A stretch of 64,000 nt of DNA from Scyliorhinus canicula (Eukaryota): the NCBI RefSeq assembly GCF_902713615.1, contig NC_052156.1:140720404-140784403 (forward strand), in the 5' to 3' direction. The notes below the pieces were generated by a model, which was not told the DNA's origin, searched no databases, and worked only from the letters and a program-made list of their open reading frames with translations. The position numbers and the translations under genes were made by a program. Numbering within the stretch: position 1 is the stretch's first letter; every line of letters begins with the position of its first letter. Below are positions 35,690-47,704 of this stretch, one piece after another.

Positions 35690-36538
35690 GTCTTGTCCCT
35701 TGCTCGCCCCGGGTCATCCCTTCTTTTCTGACCCGCTTCCCATAGCGATGGCCCCCCCCCCCCACCCCCCCCGGCTCTCCCCTTCTCGTCCCTGGTCTTT
35801 CTAGCAGCAACCCGGTGTCCCCCCCCAGTCCCCCCCCCCCCTTCCCCCCCCCCCCCCCCCTGGCTAGGACCCCTCCTAGCCGCGATGTACCCCACATCGT
35901 ACTCCCGAGAGTCAGCTGGTCTCCGCTGACCCGGCTGCTCCTGCCACATTCCGACTCCTCCCGGTTCACCCCATCTGCGCCCGTGAAAGATCCCCTTAAA
36001 ACCCCCGAGAAAGACCCGCATAATCAACCCGCTCCCCCCCGTCCCGTCTCCCCAACTTAACGATATAAATACAAATACCCAATGGCAACTAAATACATAA
36101 ATACTTAACTACATACTTAAATAACAAAATAATTAACTAACTATCAACTAACAGTGTGCCCAACCATCACCCTCCATCAAACAGTATAAATAACCGCAGA
36201 TAACCATAACCCGAAAAGAAAAAAAAAGAACAAAAAACCCCCCCAAGCACCCAAAGAAAAAGGGTAAGAGGGGTAAATAACTAAGGGAAATTGGAAACGG
36301 GAAAAAACACCCCATAAGAAGCCAACGACCCACAATAGAGATTTCAACAGTACAAATATACAGAAACACCCAACAACTCGAAACCTTCAAAATATTCAGA
36401 AAAGTCAACCGTTCGAGAAAAAACACCCCAAACACTCCACGAAACTGTTACCCAGTTCCGACCTGGCCTGAAAAAGAAAAGGGCCACTTGCACAATCAAG
36501 AGTCCCCCGGCGGCTACGACCGCCGGTGCTCCCAGGTT

Positions 36539-37384
36539 TTAGTTCGTGTCCAACTTTTCCTCTTGTACAAAGGTCCAGGCCTCCTCTGGGGACTCGAAAT
36601 AATGATGTTGGTCCTTGTAGGTGACCCACAAGCGCGCCGGTTGCAACATTCCAAATTTGATCTTTTTCGCGTGTAGCACCGCCTTTGTCCGGTTGTACCG
36701 GGCCCGCCGCTTTGCCACCTCCGCACTCCAGTCCTGGTACACCCTTACCGTCGAGTTCTGCCACTTGCTGCTTTTCTCCCTTTTAGCCCACCTCAGGACT
36801 TTCTCTCGATCACTTAGCCGCTGGAACCGCACCAGCACCGCCCTCGGGGGCTCGTTTGCCCTAGGCCTCCTGGCCATGACCCGGTATGCCTCTTCCAATT
36901 CCAGGGGCGCCGGACCGGCCCCTTCCCCCATCAGGGAGCTCAACATCTCCGCCACATATCCCGGGAGATCCGACCCCTCCAGGCCTTCTTCCAGGCCCAG
37001 GATCCTCAAATTTTTCCTCCTCATCCGAGTGTCCAGCTCCTCGAAGCGGCTCTGCCACTTCATGTGGAGTGCCTCGTGCACCTCCACCTTTGCCCCGATG
37101 ACTGTGGCCTCCTCCTCCCTCGCGGCCATCTCCTGCTGCAGATCTTTAATCGACGCCTCTTGGATCGCCTGGGCTCCCACCAACCTGGTGGCCGTCGCGT
37201 TCATGGACTCTAAGAGTTCCACTTTCATCTCCGTGAAAAAACGGAGGAGAGCGGCCTGCTGCTCCTCCGCCCATTTCTTCCACTCCTCCGGTGCACCGCC
37301 GGCCGCCATTTTGATTTTCTTCCCCCGCTTTTTTTGGGGAGCTGCTGCCGTTTTTCTTGCCGCTCCACTCCGGGTACCGACCAT
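36539..37384 (-). CDS. L1 ORF1p (coiled coil, RRM, CTD), 281 aa
   Basis: RRKNLRILGLEEG, PPRAVLVRF, VYQDWS, MLQPARL. Confidence 0.92.
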   Translation of the reverse strand: MVGTRSGAARKTAAAPQKKRGKKIKMAAGGAPEEWKKWAEEQQAALLRFFTEMKVELLESMNATATRLVGAQAIQEASIKDLQQEMAAREEEATVIGAKVEVHEALHMKWQSRFEELDTRMRRKNLRILGLEEGLEGSDLPGYVAEMLSSLMGEGAGPAPLELEEAYRVMARRPRANEPPRAVLVRFQRLSDREKVLRWAKREKSSKWQNSTVRVYQDWSAEVAKRRARYNRTKAVLHAKKIKFGMLQPARLWVTYKDQHHYFESPEEAWTFVQEEKLDTN

Positions 37385-40233
37385 AAAATCGGTCTAGTTC
37401 TCCTCAGGGGACCTTCCCCCACCGGGATTCGTTTTTTCAGCGCCGTTGGGGCCCTCCAATTGGCCCAAAAACACCTTTGTTGCAGGAGCTTCCAAATGTG
37501 CGGCTTAGCTAGTCATAGCCGCAACCGGAAGTCGATTCTGATCTTGATGGGGAGCAGGAGGAGGAGGAGGAGCAGGTGGTGGTGCCAAGGCGCCTCGAGT
37601 CTACCGTGACCGCATGTCGTTCGAGAACCTGCCGGACAGGGCATGCAAGAGGAGACTCCGATTGAGTAGGGAGTCCGTGGCACATATATGCCACCTCATG
37701 GCGCACCTGGCACCGCGTGGAATGGGGGGAGGACATGCTATCCCAGTGACCGTCAAGGTGACAGTAGCCCTCAATTTCTTCGCGACGGGTTCATTCCAGG
37801 CACCAAGTGGGGTCTATCCGGGATCTCACAGGCATCGATGCACTGGTGCATCCGAGCCGTGACCGACCAACGGAGAGACCCGCTATAATGAGGCCCATGC
37901 AGCAACCAGGGGTGTTGTGGAGAGATGCTTCGGCCTCTTGAAGATGCCAATCAGGTGACTGGACCGCTCTGGAGGTGCCCTGCAGTACCATTCCGAGAGG
38001 GTCGGCCGCATATTTGTTGTCTGCGTGTGCTACACAACATTGCCCAGTAGAGGGGTGATGTCCTGGAGAGGTGGCACAGGGGGAGCCCGATGACAGCGAC
38101 GCGTCTGCATATGAGAAGGAAGAGGATGGGGAACGGGGGGGCACAGACACAACCTGAGGGTTGCATATGGCTAGGAGGCTGCACAACGCCACCAGCTTGG
38201 AAAGCGAGCACGCGAGGGGTTGATCGCAGCACGTTTCACGAACTAGGGGGAGGGCATCAATGAGCAAGGCACTTACACCACCTTTCCGCACAAACGCACC
38301 ACCCAGCAACCCTCCACCACCTCCCGCACCACCCGACAACCCTAGCTCGCACCACCGTCCCAGTGAGGCCCGGGGTCCACCGGGCTCCCCGAGGGAGGAG
38401 GTGGTTCTGGGGCCCGTCCCGGTAACTCCAGCAAGGGAGGTCCTGTAACATTCGGACTACCCCCGTACTGAATCTGGTGCATCTGGTGGGCAGCGGGCAG
38501 GACAGGGTGGCACCACGTCACCCAGCACGCCCGCCGAGCAGTCTTGTCCATTGAAGTCGGGCCGCCCCAGGAAACTCACGCCGACGTGGAGCCACGTCGT
38601 AGGGCAGGAGTAAATCCTAGCGCCCATACTACCACTTTCACAGCAACGTACACCTGCGGCACAACGGGATGGTATCAGACAGTTGCTTGTGTAAGCGGGT
38701 GTGATCAGTGCCATGTTGAGTGATGACAACCCGCTCTGCGGTGAGCTGTGAGCTCCGGATCGTTAGACAATGTCTGACTCTGGCCATAGCTAGAGTGGTC
38801 CCTGTATGCATCACGGACACTCCATCGCATGCCCATGTGGGGTAGCTGGCGTCGGTGTGCCGAGGATGACGGGGTTTGGTGGGGGGGGGGACACACACCC
38901 GGCATTACCATCGTAGCGAACTTCGACCCCAGCGCCACTCGGTCCCCCTCACGACCCCTCAGGCACTGGACATAGCAGAGTCATCTAGGTTTAGTGTAAC
39001 AGTGACTTTATTCGTGACATTCACAGACAAGTGCCCTCGCCCCTAAAACTAAGCTATGCCCTGCACCCGTGCCAACTTACTACATGTCTAACTTCTTTGC
39101 CTTACGGGCCCCACCACTACGCCTTGGTGTTTCCCCAGACGGTACAGCAGTAGTGGAGGCGGACTGCGGAGACTCCTGCCCTGCGACGTGGCTCTCCGTC
39201 GGCGTGCATTTCCTAGGGCGGCCCGACTTCGATGGACAAGGCTGCTCGGCGGCATGGTGCCACCCTGTCCTGCCTGCTGCCCACCAGATGCACCAGGGAC
39301 AGTATGGGGGGGGGGGGGGGGAGAGAGGGGAGTCCGAATGTTACAGGACCTCCCTTGCTGGAGTTACCGGGACGGGCCCCAGACCCTCGTCCTCCCTCGG
39401 AGAGCCCGGGCCTCAATATGGTACGGTGGTGCAAGCGGAGACATGCATGTGCTGGATGGTGTTGTACAATCACAACGGGAGGTTGCACAGTCCCTGACAG
39501 GGATGTCACACTCCCTGAGCTCCATCGCTGCGAACGTTCAGGCCCTGGTCGATGCCGCAGCCGGCCTCCAGGACCACCGACACCTGGCTCACCCAGTTGT
39601 GGAGGCCGGCTGCGGCACCGACCAGGGTCTGAACATTCGCAGTGACAGAGCGCAGGTAGTGCAACATCCCCGTCAGGGACTGTGCAACCTCTCGTTGATT
39701 GTACAACGCCATCCAGCATGTGTGCAAGGCAGCTGATGCTCTCAGCGATGGCCTGCTGAGGCTGGGCCAGACCCCGGCGGCAATGTCCAGTTGGCTCTGG
39801 CACATGGCTGCTTGTGAAAGGGCAGCCCTCTCCTGCGCCACGGATGAAGCCTGCACATGAAGCCCCACGCCTTGCAGAACCTGACCCATGGCCAAAACCG
39901 TTGCCCCTACTGCCTCCACCAGGGATGCCACCTGTTTGGTGTCAGCCTGGGTGGCAGCCATGACCGGCACCACTCCCTGCTCCTGGACGCGGATGGACTC
40001 CTCCAAATATGTCTACAGATGCAGGAAGACGGCCATCATTCCATTGTCCACTCCCTGGGTTTCCAAAGGCATCGGGTCTGTGGTTGGGTCTGGTAAGTCC
40101 AGGAACCGTCTGGGCGGCAGCTGGGGCTGGGGCTGGGCTGCCCTCCGACTGTCCAGCCCCTTGGCTGCTCCTACCTCCACCTGCTGTACCAGTTGGGCTG
40201 TGTGGTGCGCACCAGTCCGTGACCCAGAAGCCT

Positions 40234-41682
40234 TGTGATAAATATCACGTTCGCTGCAGAATTTGGTTTAAAATAAGGCATTAATACAAACAGCTTTTTA
40301 ATTCAATGTGGAATAAAACCACTTGAGCTAAAGGTCAAGTAGAGGTTACCACCTGATGGGAGAAACTCGAAGCTGGTTTCAAAGGGTCATTAATACAAAC
40401 AAATACAAAGGCCGTTCTCTGACAGACCATAAAATTATTTGGGTTACTCCCTGCACCTATAAGCATTCAAAACATAAGGACAGGGAATTCTCCAGATAAA
40501 CAACTTTTTTTTTTAAACTATACCTCTTGACACTTAGAATAACACCCTCAAAGGGCAGCACGGTGGCCTAGTGGTTAGCACAACCGCCTCACGGCGCTAG
40601 GGTCCCAGGGTCGATCCCGGCTCTGGGTCACTGTCCGTGTGGAGTTTGCACATTCTCCCCGTGTCTGCGTGGGTTTCGCCCCCACAACCCAAAAATGTGC
40701 AGAGTAGGTGGATTGGACATGCTAAATTGCCCCTTAATTGGAAAAAATAATTGGGTAATCTAAATTTATATTTAAAAAAAAGAAAAAAAAATAACACCCT
40801 CACAACAAGTGTCTGTTTTGGTATCTAAAGAACATGACAACACTGAAAAAAGACAGGCCTCTATGCGAGTCCCCCTTGCCAATATATCTTAGGACACCTG
40901 ACATTTAAACAGACCCTACGACCATTAAAAGATGTATTAATGATAATACATCCAATTAGCCATTTGGCGATAGATAATTAACCAACAATAAGTGACAGTA
41001 TATCAGACGTCATCCTTGATCGATATGGGAATTTTCATGTATATAAAGAAGAGGCATTTTAGCAGAGTTATCCCCTTCGGGAGTGTGAGTCAGTTCTGTT
41101 CTTAAAAGCTTGCCTCGTCAGACAAAAGCTCAGATTTTGTAAGTATGTCTTTGTTTAACTTCTTAGAAATGTATTAAGAAATTGATAGGAGATACTTTAT
41201 GATTTTCCATGTTTCAGATATCTCATTCAATTGAGAGAAGTTAGTGTGTTAGCAGATAACATAGGACTGTTAATGATTTTATATTAATGGATAACTAAAG
41301 ACTTAATCAATTTATATTTTTAACTCTGCTATTCTGTATGTATCCATTGGGAGTATTTACTATAAAATACTTTGATTAAAATTATACTGTGTAAACTCAC
41401 TCTCAAAAGTTTGAAGTCCTAGACACTCATTTAGGAAGTCTAAATGGCTAGGACCCACGACGATAGAGGCAACAATTTAGTTATCAGTGACGTATCTGAA
41501 CTTTTCCCATAAAAAGTAACAGAGATCCTGCTTAACTGCCTGAGACCTGGAAAAGCTTTCTTCTTTTGTGTGATCTGTTCTGAATCTCAGCAGAGAAACA
41601 GATTTCCCTCTTTTGTGGGTTAACCTAGAGCATAGGTTATTAATAAAGTATTATCAGTCCGGAATAACCTAACTCTGTCACA
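40234..41682 (+). mobile_element. Long AT-rich solo LTR inserted in the Harbinger Myb gene
   Basis: TGTGATA...TGTCACA inverted ends; near-TSD gcct/ccct; TATA ~41041; GC-rich Myb sequence resumes on both sides. Confidence 0.72.
40553..40790 (+). repeat. V-type tRNA SINE nested in the solo LTR
   Basis: TSD aataacaccctca (40538-40550 / 40790-40802). Confidence 0.92.
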
Positions 41683-43489
41683 CCCTCATCACTAAAATGG
41701 CCAACCGAGGTGAGTGTATCTGCAATGTGGACGTTGTGGGTGACAGCACTGATGCCAACTCGAGGTCCTCATCCGTCCCCAGGTCTGGGGTCTCCTGGGT
41801 CAATCCTTGGACCGATACACAGTCTGCGGCTCATGTTAGGAGCCATGTCCAGTCTATCCATCGTCGGTCTGGCCGTCCTCTTGAGTCACTGTCCAGAGTC
41901 CGCATCCTCTCTCCGCCACTGTCCTGGGCCGCAGCCCTCACCTCGTCCGTCTCACGGCCATCAGTGTCCTGACTGTCCATCCTGTGTTCGTCAGTGTCAT
42001 CTCAGTTTGTCCTCTGTGCATCCCCCTCCAGTGCCCCAGAAGAGGGCTCTCCTGTCCGTCTTCCTTCCCCTCTCTGCCGTGCGTCCCTGTGGGCGGAGGA
42101 GCTTGGAGCTGGACGGCGGGGGCTTGTCCGAGACATCCCTGGACTATCGGCTCCTGGAGAACACAATAAGGCATGTATCGTTAGACACGCGGAGCCGGGT
42201 GTGAGGGGGCAGTGTGGGTGGAAATAGGGGTGGAGGGGTATGTGTCAGAGGGTGGGTTTGGCACTGGTAGGGGGTGCAGTGAGGGGGGGGGGGAGAAAGA
42301 GGTGACGGTCTGCAGGAGTGTAGCCATTCAGGGGAGTCTCACTTGGTCCTGCGCCTCCTATCTGGCATGGCGCTACCTCCTGGGTGGCAGCTCCCCCAGT
42401 GAGGTCCAGACCATGGACGGTGAGGGGATGGAGCTCAGGTAATTCCCTTCCGGTTCTTGTACGCTCATGGGGGTTGCGAGTTGTCTTGTCCTGCAAGGGG
42501 GGGGGAGCATCACAGTCAGCATCAAGACACGTAGATGTTGGCAACATTTTGACTGGGTGGGGGACAATGGGCACCGTGTCATGGCAGCTCTCAAGGAGGG
42601 GGGGGGGGGGTGTTGCCCATGTGCGTCGGGTGGAATGTGGTCCCCCTCCGCAGACAGGGGGGGGGTCCCGCAAAACGTGGTGGTGGAGGAGGGTTGGGGT
42701 GTGGCCCGGGGGAAGTCTCCGGGTACTTACCCTGGCAGCCCTCATGGGATCATGGAACTTCTTCCGGCACTGGCCTCCATTGCGGGGGGTGGTGCCCACT
42801 TCACGCCAGCTGTACCTCAGTGCTAGATGGGTGCCAGTGCCCACGTCTTGGGCACAGGATGACCCTGCGCTCTTCTACTGTATCTAATAGAGTCCCCAGC
42901 TCACTGTCCCGGAACCTGGGAGCAGCACAGCGGGGCTCAGCCATCTCTAGCGCCATGCCCACCGCGTTTCTCGCAGCCCCGCTGCTGGCCCCTTTTCGGG
43001 GCCTGAATCGCTCGTGCCTGCGGCCGTTTCAAAACGCGATGGCATTCACGACAGCGCGGACACTCTGCCTCAATATTGGAGAATCCCAGCCATGAGACTG
43101 AAGCCACTCCAAGAGTACTGCTGTACCTGGAAAAATATTTAAGGCAACCCAAAGCTTACTTCCCAAGGACTTGGTCATTACGTCTTTGAAATAAGACTTA
43201 CTATATGCAAATTTAGATTGGGGGAACAAATAGTCTTTTGCAGCTAACCTATCTCATGCTATCTTGAGGGGAAGACTAAGTTATTCAAGATGCAACCCAA
43301 AAAGCTTTTTTGGCTTAAAGCCACTGAGTTACTATTTTGGTTCAGCATCATCTTCATTTAAGCTCAGTATTTCGTACTGACACTCTGATTCTGTACGTTG
43401 GGGTAGAACATATTTCATGCACATCCAAACATTGCATCAGAAAATGTAAGATTATTTCCTCCCAAATGTTTAGTTTCAGATTGAGTCAG

Positions 43490-44020
43490 TAATAAAGTAC
43501 AAAAGAGGCTCTTCAGCCCATCGAGCCTGTACCAATAAAACTACACTAATTCCACATTTTAGAACTTGGCCCATAGGTTTAAATGGTATGACATTTCAAG
43601 TGCTCATTCACGTACTTTTAAAGGTTGTACGGCTTCCTGCCTCTACCACCCTCCCAGGCAGTGCATTCCAGACGTCAACACTCTGGGTGAAATATATTTT
43701 CTCTCTAAACCTCCTGCCCCTTACCTTAAAGTTATGCCCCCTCAGTATTGACCCATCAACTAAGGTGAACAGTTGCTTCATACCATTCAATCTTACAAAC
43801 CTCAATCAGGTCCCCTCTCAGCCTATTCTGTTCTAAAGAAAGCAACCCCATCCTATCCAGCCACTCTTCATAGCTCAAATGCTCCACCTCAGGCAACATC
43901 CTGAAGCTCCTCTGCACCTGCAATCACATCCTTCCTATAGTGAGGCGACCAGAACTCCACACAGTACTTCAGCTGTGGCCGAACCAAAATTTTGTATAGC
44001 TGCATCTTAACCTCCCTACT
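43490..44020 (-). mobile_element. Degraded CR1 3' fragment
   Basis: RGHNFKVRGRRF...FTQSVDVWNALP. Confidence 0.8.
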
Positions 44021-46154
44021 CTTGTGAAATATCTTCTGAAGAGGGTTACAAAATGACTTGCAGCATTAATTTGGTGTTTGTAATTATTTTATAACTAAAT
44101 ATATTAATGAGCTGGAATGAAACTCTGCTAGCGAAGTCTTTTGCGAATCTGCTTACAACCTTTAAGCACACAGTATTGACTTTTTGCAGTGCTCAGCATC
44201 AGCCTCTGGTTAACTAATCTCAGTATGATGGCAGAAAGATAATATGGTTGGCTCCGGGAGATGAAAAAGTCAGATCCCAGAGTAGATTTAGCCAATAGTT
44301 CCTGTAGAAAGTGCAAGTAGAGGGAAGGATAACCAAATTTAGTTATGATGTCCCCACAATCAAGTACGACAGTTCGGTCACACATCAAGAAATCCCAATT
44401 TGTTCATACTGAGGGCACTGTGCAACTGTAGTCCTACAGGAGTCAATCCTCAAGGACAGGATAATAAATGGAGAACAGCTTAAAGCATGACATGGTAAAA
44501 AAGCACAAACTACTTGGCAGAGCTTTCTAGAAAGAGCATAAATGTATAGTGTGGAAAAAAAATAATCAAATTTGGTTTGAAACTTGTAGAACCTTTTTCC
44601 TCATCCTGTTGAGACTCCCAAGAGTCTCTGCAATCTGATCCAACTGTATGTATAAACCTTGGTCGCAAGTACCAACAAACTATCAGCATGTGTAATACAT
44701 TAGATCAGTGTCAATCCAGTGCATTCATCATCCATACCCATATCTGCATGAGAATATAAATCCAGAAAACTAGTTATCAATACAATTGTAGTGTCCTTAG
44801 TGCTGGCTCAACTGAGATGAGATGAACCGACTTAACAGAGCAGTAACCAAATTTTGAATCCCCTGGTTTGTATGGCCTAGGGACAAAGATTTTAACTGCA
44901 ATTCATTGGATTGTCAATTCTTCCCACAAAGTGTGATAAATCTTAGAATGCATATTGACAGAACATTGCAAACAAGAGAAATTTGGACATGGAAATACCA
45001 TGACACCATAGGTGGAAGAATGTTATTTGGTTTGCTGTGCTTTTGATTGTTTGCAGGATGGGTGGGCTTATGGACAAACAGAACATACTTAAATCCAGCC
45101 CAAATTATATGAAACTCTAGTTCCATAAACCAATACTAAATAAAGCTGAATTAATAATCTAAAGTATGTCATAGTCATCCCAAGATCACAGTGGCTTTTT
45201 CACATTACACATCTAGTGCAACTGCAGAAAATGGTATTCAATATTAATGAATTACAAAAAGACAATGGTCTGGAATCGGTGGTCCTCTTGATGGTGGAGC
45301 AGTCATTACTCAGTCAATATGCTATCCACACACGCAGTTAAACACAGAAAAAACAAGTTGCCAGTGATACCATGCTTCTCCATTATCTTCTCAGATGCAA
45401 TTAGCACAAGCAATTCACAGTAAATTGGCATGAATGAACATTAACTTTACGCACTGTTCTCACTTTGGGATCACTGAAAATGTTAAACCTTGTTTAATCA
45501 GGTGTAATTGGCTACTAAGTCTGGAATTTAATTCCCTCAGGAGAACATTTGAAAATTGCAGGACTTGTAGAAACATTTTTAAAAGTTTATATTTCAGCTT
45601 CCAGCTTAATCCTATGTGCAAGTTCCAATCTTTATTTTCCTTTCTGTACATTTGATTAAAATGTGGATTATAATCCTTGCCTTTTAACCTCGGGTTTTGC
45701 AGGCTGAAAGAATTCTTCAGTCTGATCGACTGATGGCGCTAAATTCAAGTTGGAATAAAGGAAATTCATATTCTTGAGCCTGGTAAATCTTTGATACCTA
45801 TGTTTTGAGGTCAGTGGCAAACACCGTCACTGCTGTTGACTGCGAATTCCAGGGAATTACGTATATAAGGTACACCAAGATGTGCAGCCTGCATCACAAT
45901 AGCACAGACTGGCAAATGATTGAAAATGAAAGAGTCTTACATCTGAACTGAATACACAAACTCGCAGCCAACACCATAGCACATTAATTTGGTCAACCGT
46001 ACTGCAATAAGGAAAAATATCTGATCCAAAAGCAATTGAGCGCTTAAAAAATAATTACACTGTGACTTTGATTAGAGGCTTCTTCCTGTCTAACTGATAA
46101 TGAAAAGAGATAGAACAGCCTAAAAGCTCAGCATTATCCAAGGTGTTAGAATTA

Positions 46155-47012
46155 GAATTTATTTTATGAAGACTTGCATGTTTGCAGAAACTTAGTAAAG
46201 AGATGGAGAACCTTATAAATTAACTTCTATGGGGTACTAGTACTTCAGTGTCTTAGACAACACCACATAATGAATACCTTTATTTTAAAATCTAGAATAT
46301 GATAAATTTGCACTCAATTCCCTTCTCCCCTCCCCCTGGGAGAGAAATAAGAAAGAAAATTCTGATTTGTCTGCACGGTTACACAAATGTTGTCACGTCT
46401 ACATCAGGTGAAATAAAATAATGTAGGTGTAAAATAGCCAAAGGCTACTACTTTTGGTACTTACGTATATAAAAAACATTAAAGTACACTGAACCTTTAT
46501 TAAGTGGTTCAGATTTTAGTTTGAAATCGCACTACATAATTATAATAAAAAATGTATTTACACTACTGTGTTGACACAAATACCAGTATTCAAATTTGCA
46601 ACTAGGTTGACATAAGCTCTATGGATAAGCTTGAATTTGGAAACAATTTTGGCTCAGCTTACAAAAAGTATATGCCGAGGTCAACTCTGCTTCTATCCCT
46701 ACTACTTTTTTATCTAAAAATAAAAAAGTAATTTTTAAAACTTTTTTTTTCCCATTTAACCTGCAGTGTGACAGTGCACCTGTCCCTTAAGTGCTGTTAT
46801 GTTTCACAGTTATGGACAGGCACTGAGGAATGTTACAAAGCTACATGTACTTTTCTGTCCTACCATGTAACAGTCTTAAGAACAGTCACAAGCTTGCCCC
46901 ATAGAACTTACATAAGAACATATATTGTACATCACACCATTGTTAAGATACATTTAAAAAAAATAAAAGCTCCAAAGAATATACACAGATATCAGTGAGA
47001 AAAATTCTGTTG
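46155..47012 (-). other. RSBN1L 3' UTR with candidate poly(A) signals
   Basis: AT-rich, repeat-free; AATAAA on minus at ~46497, ~46279 and ~46158. Confidence 0.5.
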
Positions 47013-47504
47013 CTACTCATGCAAATCTGGGTTTACTGAGGGTAGCTGTTGTTCGTCTCCACAGTCAGTTGGGGTATTTGAACACACAAGGTCTTTTGAC
47101 TCAGTTACAAACTGTGATTCAGTGCTTTTATGTTCCACTTTCATTTGTGGGAGTTCTGTGATATTAAGTTCGATTTTGACTTCTTGATGTCTTGCATCTT
47201 CAGATACGTCATCCCCCTGCTTTTTGTCCTCAGTCTCCAATTTGATAACTGGGCACTTGGTGTCTGGTGGCAATTCTGAGCCTTCAGAAGCACATTCTTG
47301 AGCAGATGGTTCTCCTGCATCTAGATGATATTGTTTCAACCTCACATGCCATGCTAAGCTGCATACTGCAGAGACAGTCTTGAACTGGTGTACAACATTC
47401 CGGGGAATGAAATATACGTCATTGTCATACAGCTGAATTCTCGCATAGCGAATGCCTTCTCTCCGTATCTGGTTCAGTTTTGCATCATCCACCCATTGAA
47501 CACA
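47013..47504 (-). CDS. RSBN1L: RSBN1L terminal coding exon
   Basis: ttttag|[57 protein letters not shown]...PDLHE*. Confidence 0.93.
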   Translation of the reverse strand, partial: CVQWVDDAKLNQIRREGIRYARIQLYDNDVYFIPRNVVHQFKTVSAVCSLAWHVRLKQYHLDAGEPSAQECASEGSELPPDTKCPVIKLETEDKKQGDDVSEDARHQEVKIELNITELPQMKVEHKSTESQFVTESKDLVCSNTPTDCGDEQQLPSVNPDLHE

Positions 47505-47691
47505 CTAAAAACAAGATGGAAAACAGAGTTCAGCAATGAAAAGTGTAGACAACATTTACATCTAAAACAGTAGTTTCTTACGCACAGATGCATAGCAATC
47601 AATGATCATTGCTTCCCAAACTACTAGTTACAATTAATTAAAAGGTTGCTCATTTGGGTTCATTTTTGAGTTTCAGGAGTTCTCGATATCT

Positions 47692-47704
47692 CCACCAGAT
47701 GGCG
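47692..47704 (+). promoter_or_regulatory. CTCF-like motif in the last RSBN1L intron
   Basis: CCACCAGATGGCG matches the CTCF core consensus. Confidence 0.5.

Larger units (their letters stand above)
31535..37533 (-). mobile_element. Full-length (~6.0 kb) L1/Tx1-type LINE
   Basis: Perfect 12-bp TSD gattctgatctt (31523-31534 / 37534-37545); 5' end GACTTCCGGTTG; ORF1, spacer, ORF2; AATAAA and poly(A). Confidence 0.96.
31280..38247 (+). pseudogene. Harbinger (HARBI1-like) transposase; N-terminus split by L1, catalytic core deleted
   Basis: RRLRLSRES...VTVALNFFATGSFQ...GISQASMHWCIRAVT joins directly at ~37865 to TRYNEAHAATRGVVERCFGLLK...LHNIA. Confidence 0.88.
39090..42956 (-). pseudogene. Harbinger Myb/SANT (trihelix-like) accessory gene with three exons (42731-42956, 42343-42490, from 42153 downward)
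   Basis: APRFRDSELGTLLDTVEERRVIL...WREV...RNGGQCRKKFHD; GT-AG splice sites; coiled-coil region 39500-40000; AATAAA on minus at ~39007. Confidence 0.75.
30593..43091. mobile_element. PIF/Harbinger DNA transposon (transposase on +, Myb/SANT gene on -) with nested L1, solo LTR and SINE
   Basis: 14-bp TIRs GGGCGGAATTCTCC / GGAGAATCCCAGCC; 3-bp TSD ATG (30590-30592 / 43092-43094); both gene types present in convergent orientation. Confidence 0.88.

Noticed and set aside
36621-37397. 258-aa plus-strand ORF opposite L1 ORF1
   Set aside because: Antisense shadow of a GC-rich coding region; non-ATG start and no recognisable domain.
31280-38247. Domesticated HARBI1/NAIF1 host genes
   Set aside because: Bounded by TIRs and a TSD, and disrupted by stops, a deletion and insertions.
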